Source of the DNA: Eledone cirrhosa
Taxonomy: Eukaryota
Direction of reading: 5' to 3'
Assembly (NCBI GenBank): GCA_964016885.1
Contig: OZ024740.1
Span: 124,930,001 to 124,994,000, forward strand
Length of the DNA stretch: 64,000 nt
Part shown: positions 55,037 through 64,000 of the stretch, in pieces
How the letters are laid out: each line of letters starts with the position of its first letter
Position numbering within the stretch: position 1 is the stretch's first letter
Program-made: the position numbers and the translations under genes
Notes under the pieces: generated by a model
What the model saw: only the letters and a program-made list of their open reading frames with translations
Databases searched by the model: none
Told to the model about the DNA's origin: nothing

Positions 55037-55265
55037 TGTAGCGCTCTCTAGACAAAGGGAAGTAGCTGAAGTTACTTCCCGTAGAATTCTAGAGTATTCC
55101 TTGAACTTCCGTTCTAGGAATTATAAAGGAGGGAGCAAAGAGCCAATTTTTTTTTCTTTTTTATACTTGTCCAACAATCAGAGAAAGGAAACTGCGTTAT
55201 ATTGAGGCTGGAGTATTTGTCAAAAATATCACATGACCATTGTAATTCTTTTTTTTATCACTATA
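55037..55265 (+). mobile_element. Gypsy solo LTR (~229 bp)
   Basis: tgtagcg...ttatcactata; first ~115 bp match the PPT-adjacent LTR at 55483-55610; contains tataaa. Confidence 0.75.
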
Positions 55266-55382
55266 TATATATATTTATTATATATATAAACAATCAGCAT
55301 ATATGCATATATATAAATATATATATATAGTATTTAAAACATTGCATACTGATGGATAGAATATAGACATTTATTTTCTAAG

Positions 55383-55477
<95 letters not shown>

Positions 55478-55482
55478 TTATA

Positions 55483-55610
55483 TATAGTGATAACAAAAAA
55501 ATTGCTCTTTGCTCCCTCCTTTATAATTTCTAGATCGGAAGTTCAAGGAATACTCTAGAATTCTATGGAAAGTAACTCCAGCTACTTCCCTTTGTCTAGA
55601 GAGCGCTACA
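55483..55610 (-). mobile_element. Gypsy 3' LTR (internally deleted)
   Basis: rc begins tgtagcgct right after the polypurine tract gagaggggag and lies downstream of integrase. Confidence 0.85.
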
Positions 55611-56283
55611 AGACTCCCCTCTCAGACGAGAAGTCGAATAACCAACCGAAGGTCATTGTAGCGAGCCCACAAGAATAAAAAATGAAAAGAAGAGAAAAAT
55701 TAATCCTCAATGATTAGTTCAAAGTTTCTTTAAAAAAATCAAATAGTTCATACATCTTTCAGTTCATACATCAATCATTTATAAATCAAATAATTCATAC
55801 AGACTTTTCTGGCACTAGTTCCATCTGAAACTGAAAAACTGAAAAAAGAAGTTTGTTAATGCCACTATGGGTTAAACGTATATAGTTTTTGACAATTTCT
55901 GTTTTGCCACTTCGTGTGACATAAGGTTGTGTGAAGGTGTTGGTGTGGGAGTAAATGTACGAGGCATGTCAGGCAATGTAATGAGACTTTCAGAGAAAAC
56001 CCTCTTTGCTCTGTCAATGGATATTGTCTCTTTTCGACCATTGACAGCCACTGTGAAATGTTTTGGTGTGTGCGAAAGCACACGAAAAGGTCCATAGAAC
56101 AGCAGAAGAAATAGACTGGTCACGAGGTTTCATTGGTAGAAGATCCGAGAAGTAAGAACGAATCCTGGTGACATGTGATTTTGGATCAAGATGCGATAAA
56201 TCAACCGGTGCTAGCATTTGACCGGGAAGAGTCAAAGTGGTACCGTAAAGAAGTTCAGTTGAGGAGAAACCCAAATCTGCCTT
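55611..56283 (-). mobile_element. Gypsy integrase C-terminus, 3' UTR and PPT
   Basis: KADLGFSSTELLYGTTLTLPGQM; YGPFRVL...KETISIDRAK. Confidence 0.9.
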
Positions 56284-58605
56284 AACTTCTAGTGCTCTGC
56301 ACCTTTTTATGCAGCTGTCATCCTTCATACGCATCACATGTCCATACCAATGCAACCGCCTCTCCTGCACACAGCATTTGATTCCTCTTATGCTCAGTCT
56401 CTCTCTCAATTCATTTATGCTTTGTCGTTCGCGTATATTACTATTACACATCCATCGGAGCATGCAAGCTTCATTTCTCTCTAATCTACGTAAGTCTTCC
56501 ACCTTCAGCACCCAGGTCTCACTACCATGCAAAATCGCTGTTCGGATACACGCATCATAGAGTCTGCCTTTCATTTTGAGGGAGAAGCCTTTTGCAGCTA
56601 GCAGTGGTAGTAGTTCCCTAAACATCTTCCATCCCGTTCTTACCCTAGTTATTGTACTTTCTGAACACCCATCTCCGCTGCTAATTCGGTCACCTAGGTA
56701 GCAGAAACTGTCTACTGTTTCTACAGAGCCCTCCCAGAGATTGGTGGTACTTGTTTCCTGTGGCTGTTTGCTGCTTGCTGTCCCAGCACAGCTGCTGCAT
56801 GTGAAGCCTACATTCTTAATTAAGCTTCCTGAGATCCCGCTACATCTCTTGTGTACCCATTGTTTGCATTTGGGGCAGAGAATTGAGTTCCTACCTATAC
56901 CTTTCCTACATACTGAGCAAGGCCATTTCCCTGAGAGGATCTGGGTTCTGTTTTCTCGTCTACTGACAAGGACCATAGTCTTTGTCATGTTGACTTTGAG
57001 ACCCTTTCTTTCTAGTCCCTGCTTCCAAGTTTGGAATTTCTTCTCTAGTTCTACCATAGATTCAGCTATAAGTGCGAGGTTATCAGCATACAGGAGTTCC
57101 CATGGGCATCCGGTTTTAAACTCCTCTGTTATTGCCTGCAGGACTATGATGAACAGGAGGGGGCTAAGAACAGAGCCCTGGTGGACCCCAACCTGTACGC
57201 TAAATTTCTCTCTATACTCATTGCTCATCCTAACTTTGTGACTGCTCCCCTATACATGGCTTGTACCGCTTTCACAAGCCATTCATCTACTCCTAGTTTT
57301 CTAAGAGCCCACCAGATTACAGCACGTGGAACTCTGTCAAAGGCTTTCTCGAGATCGACAAATACCAGATAGAGTGGCTTACTTTTAGCTAGGTACTTTT
57401 CCTGTAACTGCCTGACAAGGAAGAGGGCATCACTGGTGCCTCTTCCTGGTACAAACCCAAATTGCATCTCGTCTAGTTTCATCCGGTCCCTAATCAACTG
57501 TGCTATAACTCTTTCTGCTACTTTCATGACCTGGTCCATCAGCTTTATAGCTCTATAGTTTCCTCTATCTAGTGCATCACCTTTACCTTTGTAGCAGTTG
57601 ACAATGATGCTACTGCACCAATCTTTTGGTATGACACCTTCTAGTATTACCTGGTTAACAATACGTGTGGTTATAGTGTGACCTACAGATGCACCTATAG
57701 TGTGACCTATACACGATGGACCGGTTGCCTTCCCCATCTTAATATCTTTGATTGCCTTACTTACTACGCTGCTGCTGACTTGTACTGCTGGCCCCTCTAT
57801 AGGATCTACTTAGGGTAGGGTCTCTTCTTCCCATGCATTCTCCTCATTTAGTAATCTATCATAATGACTCTTCCATGCATCTTTCTTCTCAGCACTTGTG
57901 AGGGCAAGCGCACCTTTATCATTCCGGATACACTTCTCTCCAATGACATCACAATTCTCTCTGACACACTGCCTCGCAATCTTGAACACCTCCTGTTTCT
58001 GGTCCTCACGCTGCAAAACATGCTTGAATCTTCCATCCTCTGCTTCCCTCCGAGCTAAGTATACTTGTCGCCTAGCTTCCCTCTTGGTCTCTATGTAATG
58101 TACCCTGCTCCCCCCGTTCTTCCATTCTTTCCATGCCTGTCTCTTGGCCTTAACTGCCTCATCTACCTTATTATTCCACCACCAAGTCACTCTCCTCCTG
58201 CTTGTGGTCTTATTCCAGCCACAGACCTCATCCGTCGCCTCTAGTAAATTATTTTTTAGGAACTCCCAGTTCTCTTCTACATTGAATGTCTCTATCTGTT
58301 CTTCTTTACTGCCGTAGGCGTTGAGTAAAATATCTTTAAATCTGTTACTGGTTGAGGGGTCTTTCAGCTTCCATATCTTTCTTCTCCAGGTTGGCCTCTG
58401 TTTCCAGGTTCGTCTAGTTCTGACCGTGAGGTCGCTGACAACTAAGCTATGTTGGGAGGTACATTCCTCACTAGGGAAGGCTTTTGTGTTTACGACCGTC
58501 CATCTGTCACGTCCTGTGATGAGGATAAAATCTAACTGACTAGAGTGCTCCCCTGATCTATAGGTGATCAGGTGGTTGTCGGGTTTTTTGAAGTTTGTGT
58601 TACAT
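56284..58605 (-). mobile_element. RTE LINE ORF, truncated at both ends, few frameshifts
   Basis: Starts in the endonuclease (CNTNFKK...LDFIL...SQHSLVVSDL), RT (DLEKAFDRVPR, QGSVLSP, YADN), PHD-like finger, ends at RCRALEV. Confidence 0.96.
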
Positions 58606-59158
58606 ATAAATATATATATATATTAATATATAAATATATATATATAAATATATATATATGTGTGTGTGTGTATATATATACACATGTAAATATGTTAAAT
58701 ATACATATTTCCCTCTAAATTTAAAAACATGATTTTCAATACATTAATCAGAATGATATATGTAACTGACTGCCTTATAATGTCTTGTAAATATAATGGT
58801 AATCATGCAAGGATGTACTGATTTGATTACTCTTTAGTACCTACGTTGATAATTTTAATATATATCAAAGCAGCCAAAATAGACGTTGAATATATATCTG
58901 TACATAAACAGTACAGAGCTTAACTGAGATAAACATGCACATTGTGTAAATAAACATGTAAACAAGTAAAATGTTCATATTTCCTTTTAAACTGAATATA
59001 TATTAGGAAGTTGAATTTCACAAAGGAGATGACAAAAGAAAAAAAAACAACTGGAGAGAGCCGATACAGAAGAGTACTCATCTATCTTAAGTAAACATTG
59101 AAAAATGATAAATGATGATAATATATATGTATGTACAATACACACACACGCATACATA

Positions 59159-59690
59159 TATAATTTAAAAAGTTTGTGGAAGACGAGCAGTTGGAATAAA
59201 CGGTTTAAGTTAAGATGTTTATCTTTCAACATATTCTCCATCAAGGTCAATAAACGTCTGCAAGCGTTGATACCTGCCATTAAGACCATCTGTGTAAAAC
59301 TGAAGGCCATGCGATTTAAACCATGTCAAAGCAGGCTTTTTTACATCTTGAACTGGGGATCATCTTCAACCTCATCTCTTCCACTTCTAAATCGTCTTAT
59401 CCATTTAGAGTTTGTTGATATTTTGTGTCATTGTCCCCATAAACTTGCTCCAGAGCGTCAATGATTTGGCAGCTCTTCCCCACTAGCTTCACCATGAATT
59501 TGATGTTTTGATAGGAGCCATACTGCTTGAGCAGGTGCTGATTTCCAACTAGTGGCACTGCATTGCAACATGCATTTAAGGGTACATGTTAGGACATAGT
59601 ATGATATATTAGTATGAGAACGTATAGGTGCATTGAGATCAAAATCTCTGCATATAATTGTTATCCACATTTTTTGAAACCCCCTCATAT
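59159..59690 (-). mobile_element. Internally deleted mariner element
   Basis: rc N-terminal IIDALEQVYGDN...KWIRRFRSGRDEVEDDP joined to C-terminal WFKS..QFYTDGL...IDLDGEYVER*; imperfect TIRs (tatgagggggtttcaaaaaatgtgga / tccacaaactttttaaa). Confidence 0.85.
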
Positions 59691-60984
59691 ATAAAATGAG
59701 AAAATCAAGTCAATGATTCATTTTGAACATAAGAATTTGCAAATATTGATGAGAAGGCAAAAGACACATCTTGGCCATGCGAATGTGTGTGAGGAAAGAA
59801 TTTTGTACGGTGTGGGACGGTGGAGGAAGTGAGAGAGAGGGTGAGTAGCAGAGAGTGAGTGTGAGGAAGAGGCTAGCCGAGAGAGGGTGACTAGCAGAGG
59901 GCGTGAGTGTAAGTATGAGGGAGAAGGAGAGAGAAAGGGGAGAGAGAAAGAGGATAGCAGCAAGGGAAGAGAAAAAGACAGGTCACAGCGAAGGGGAAAG
60001 CATATATGAATGAAAAATGGCAAGCTGTGTTGCTGCAAATATGATATATATAATAAAGGAGGCAAAAGACACATATATACATATATATATATACACACGC
60101 AAAGACATACATTAACACACATCTATCTATAAGTTGGTACATATATATTGGCAAACATGCACATCTTCAGCTTGATATATCTTTTTATGTACATAATAGA
60201 ATTTTAGGAATAACTTTTTAAAAAACTAGGAATATTTCATCCTGAATGAATTTCTTTTTATGGTTTCAACTAATATCTCTTAAGGGATATTTTTTTATAT
60301 TTCTCTGAAAGATATTAATTTCAAACTGTTTCAAAATGAATTTGTACGGTATGACATTTCCTGAAGTCAGTAAAAAAAGTTTAAAATAATAATTGAATAA
60401 TAAAAAAGTCTTTATTATTTACCAATGCTACAAAATATAAGTATGACTTATTTAAGCAGATTTTCTGCATTATTGAAAGCTACATCTAATGGTAGTGCGG
60501 GTACCACAATAAAATGCATCCAGTACATTTCATAAAATGGTTGTGCAAATGCCATAATAAAATGAACCCTATACACTCTGTAAGGTAGTAATGGTGTTAT
60601 CATGATAAAATGCACCTAGTACACTCTGTAAAGGGGCTAGCATTAGAAACCATGCCAAGATGTAGAACATCTGACTCATACCAGCATGGAAAGCAGTTGT
60701 AAGATGATGATCACACCCACTGACATAGAAAAATTTACACAAGGAACTAAATTCTTGAGTTTTCAAAGAAGTTTTTATATACCATGAGTATTCGATAATT
60801 TGAATAACCATCTGTAAGTAATAATAGTTTTTGCCATCCCTGGTTGCTTAAGCTTAGATCTGTTAAACAAACGTGTAATCTAAGCATGCCAGTCATGACC
60901 ATCTGAGGTGCTGAAAGTATCTAGAATGGTAGGCCACATGATAACCACCAATATTGTAAACCAAGTAATACAAAAACATACCCA

Positions 60985-62590
60985 ATGACTGGCATAGAAG
61001 CATCATCGTCAATTGCTACATGGGCAAAGGTGATGCACCAGACAGAAGAAACTAGCAAGGCATCAAATTGATGGACCAGGTTATGAAATTTACTGAAAGT
61101 CTTTGTACAACTGATTAGAGATCAAATTAACTTAGGCAAGATGCAGTTCAGATTCGTGCCTGGTAACAGTACCACAGATGTTTCTCTTTTTTACTGAGGC
61201 AACTGCAGGAGATTTATCTCTATCAAGCAAAAAATAAATCCCTCTACTTAGCACTTGTTGACTCAGAAAAAGCTTTTAACAGGGCCTCAATTCTGTAATA
61301 TAAAGGGCACTTAGGAAACTAGGGATGGATGTGTGGCTGTGAGGTGTATACAGGTCATGTACAGGGATGCAGTTAGCAAGATTAAAATCAATAATGAATA
61401 TAGTGAGGAGTTTAGCATGCAAATTGAGGTTCACTAGACAATCCTTAGCCTGCTACTATTTATTATCATCTTTCAGGCTAACACAGATGAGTTAAAACTG
61501 GATGCTCTTGGAAACTCCTGTATGTTGATGGTCTCATAGCTGAATCTATAGCAGAACTAGAGAAAACATTTCTGACCTGGAAGCATAACTTGGAACCAAA
61601 ACGTCTTAAAGTTAACTTGGCAAACATCAAAGTTCTAGTAAGTATTAAGGAAAAATGGGCCTGATCACTTCTGAGAAATGGCCCTGCTCAGTGTGTAGGA
61701 AAGGCATGGATAAAAGTTCCATTTTTTTCCCAAATAAAAACTATGAGTACACAAGAGGTGTAGTGGGATTTCAGGTAGGCTCACAAAGAATATAGGTTTT
61801 ACATGTGCATATTGCTCAGTAGCAGTAAGCAGCAAAACTCACAGGAAATAAGCTCTAACAAATTTTAAGAGGGTTCCATAGAAGAAAATGACAGCTTCTG
61901 TTACCTAGGTGACCAAATTAGCAGTGGAGATGGGTGTTCCAAAAGTACAGTAATCAGAATGAGAACAGGATGGAAAAAATTCAGGGAACTACTAACGCTG
62001 CTAGTTACTAAAATCTTTTACTTCAAAATGAAGGGTAGATTTCATGAGGCATGTATACTAACTGCAATATTGCATGGCAGTAAGACATGGGCACTTTGTA
62101 CAGAGGATTTGCATAGATTGGAATGAAATGCAGTGTGCAGAAGATGAGATTGTTGTAGTATGGAGATGTGATGTGTATGAAAGATGACAGATGCATAAAA
62201 AGGTGCATGGTGCTCAAAGTTGATTGGAAGTTATGGTGTAGGAAGACATAGGATGAGGTGATAAATGCTGACCTTGTACAATTGCACCTCTCAATGGTCA
62301 TGACACAAGATCGATATCTCTGTTGTTATGCAATAATACACTTTTGATGCATGCATTCAGTATGAACTAACTTAATTTCCTTCCTTTCCTCCCCATTCCA
62401 CTTTCTAATACTGTACAAACGTCTAATCACCCCACCTATATTCTAACACTCCACCCACACCCTAATACCTCTCCCTTCTTCCAGTATGTACCCCAGCCCC
62501 AGTTTCCACTGTAAAGTGGTCATGTAGATGTCATGACAAAAAGCACCAATGGTAGCATAGAAAAATGGATATTAAACAGTGATGATGATG
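60985..62590 (+). mobile_element. Decayed RTE (RT to 3' UTR)
   Basis: IVNCYMGKGDA, MQFRFVPG, WPCSVCRKG, FCYLGDQI, RTGWKKFRELL peptides; gatgatgat at ~62581. Confidence 0.9.
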
Positions 62591-62604
62591 TTGTCTAGAG
62601 TGTA

Positions 62605-63055
62605 TCATCATCATCATCATCATCACCGTTTTACGTCCGTTCTTCCACGCTAGCATGGGTTAGACGGGTTGTCCTGTTGTGGGCAGTCTCTGGTCGGCTG
62701 ACCATGCCTTGCTCATACACGAACTGATTTGGCTTGATTTCTACAGCTGGATGCCCTTCCTAACACCAACCTCATTTACAGTGAGTGCTGGGTGCTTTTT
62801 CGTGGCGCCTACACGTCCACTTTACAGTGTGGGCTGGGTGCTTTTTTGCCGTGGCACCTCCACGACCACCTTGCGGTGGGGGGTGTGGGGGCCATATTGT
62901 CTATATGCTTCAGCTTGTACCCATGGGAGGTCGGGTACTCTGTATTACTGCTTGACGCCAGAGGTCGCGGTCGTGTGTCATTGCCTTTGAGAGGTGTAAT
63001 TGGGTAAGGTCGGCTTTTATCACCTCATCCCAGGTCATCTTGGGTCTCCCCACTA
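62605..63055 (-). mobile_element. RTE 3' end
   Basis: (CAT)n tail, 3' UTR, and rc GRPKMTWDEVIKADL. Confidence 0.92.
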
Positions 63056-63468
63056 TCCATCCTTTTTTATCATGGCAAAGTATTGTTTGAGTGAAAACTG
63101 GCTGTTATTATTTACAAGTCAAGTGGGCTTATGAAGGCTCTCTTAACTCATCAATGGATAGTTTCTATGTCACTTATGGTTGATTGCTATGTAGGACTAC
63201 CTCATGTCATGATGGCAGTAATTATTTTATACATCCTTTACTGGTATTAGTCAGTAGACTGTAGCCATGCTGGGAACTACCATTACATTTTTGTTTGTTA
63301 GTTTTTTTTCTTTGTTGATTATATCAACACCAGTAATTTGTTAGGAACTTCTCATTAGAATATGATACAAAATGCAAAGTGGACATTGCTGTAAAGGGAG
63401 ATAATTATGTCAGCCAACAATACCACAATATATTTCTGTTTGGGTATACTGGTTCACATAACACACAT

Positions 63469-63522
<54 letters not shown>

Positions 63523-63526
<4 letters not shown>

Positions 63527-64000
63527 AAAGCCTTTGACAGAGTGCTGCCTGCTATAAACTAGGAGTAGATGAATGGCTTGTGAAAGCCTTACAAGCCATG
63601 TATAGGGGAGCAGTCAGCAAAGTTAGAATTAACAATGACTATAGCGAGGAATTTAGCATACAGGGCGGTGTCCACCAGAGCTCTGTTCTTAGCCCTCTCC
63701 TGTTTATTAGAGTATTGCAGGCTATAACAGAGGAGTTTAAGACCGGAAGCCCATGGGAACTTCTGTATGCAGATGATCTTACATTTATAGTTGAATCTAT
63801 GGCGGAACTAAAGAAGAAATTCTAAACATGGAAGCAGGAACTAAAAGAAGGGGTCTCAAAGTCAACCTGACAAAGATTAAGGTCCTAGTAAGTAGACGAG
63901 AAAACAGAATACAGATCCCATCAGGGAAATGGTGTTGCTCAGTATGTAGGAAAGGCGTAGATAGGAATTCCATCCTCTGCCCCAAATGCAAACTATGGTT
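63523..64000 (+). mobile_element. RTE RT fragment (runs off window end)
   Basis: EKAFDRV...KLGVDEWLVK...VLSPLLF...WELLYADDL; begins at a (TA)n tract. Confidence 0.95.

Overview
AT-rich, repeat-dense eukaryotic DNA with no recognisable host protein-coding gene. The mix of long (TA)n tracts, (GAT)n-tailed RTE LINEs and two tRNA-like SINE families resembles an octopus/cephalopod genome (inference, not proven). Most long ORFs in the track are microsatellite artefacts (YIYIYI...). The real coding remnants are all from transposons: one near-full-length RTE LINE and many fragments, Penelope-like (PLE) RT and GIY-YIG pieces, Gypsy (Mag-type) gag/protease/integrase/LTR pieces, a CR1-like LINE with a PHD-type ORF1, and an internally deleted mariner. 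The most interesting signal is non-coding. Three unrelated, structurally complete type-I hammerhead ribozyme motifs (7819-7913 +, 9153-9218 -, 44523-44603 -) sit in palindromic or direct-repeat, retrozyme-like elements next to (TA)n tracts. A dispersed and tandem ~218-bp repeat has a consensus that fits an HDV-like ribozyme fold. There is also an in-frame RTE-RT/Gypsy-integrase chimeric ORF. All alignments and folds were done by eye and coordinates are approximate.
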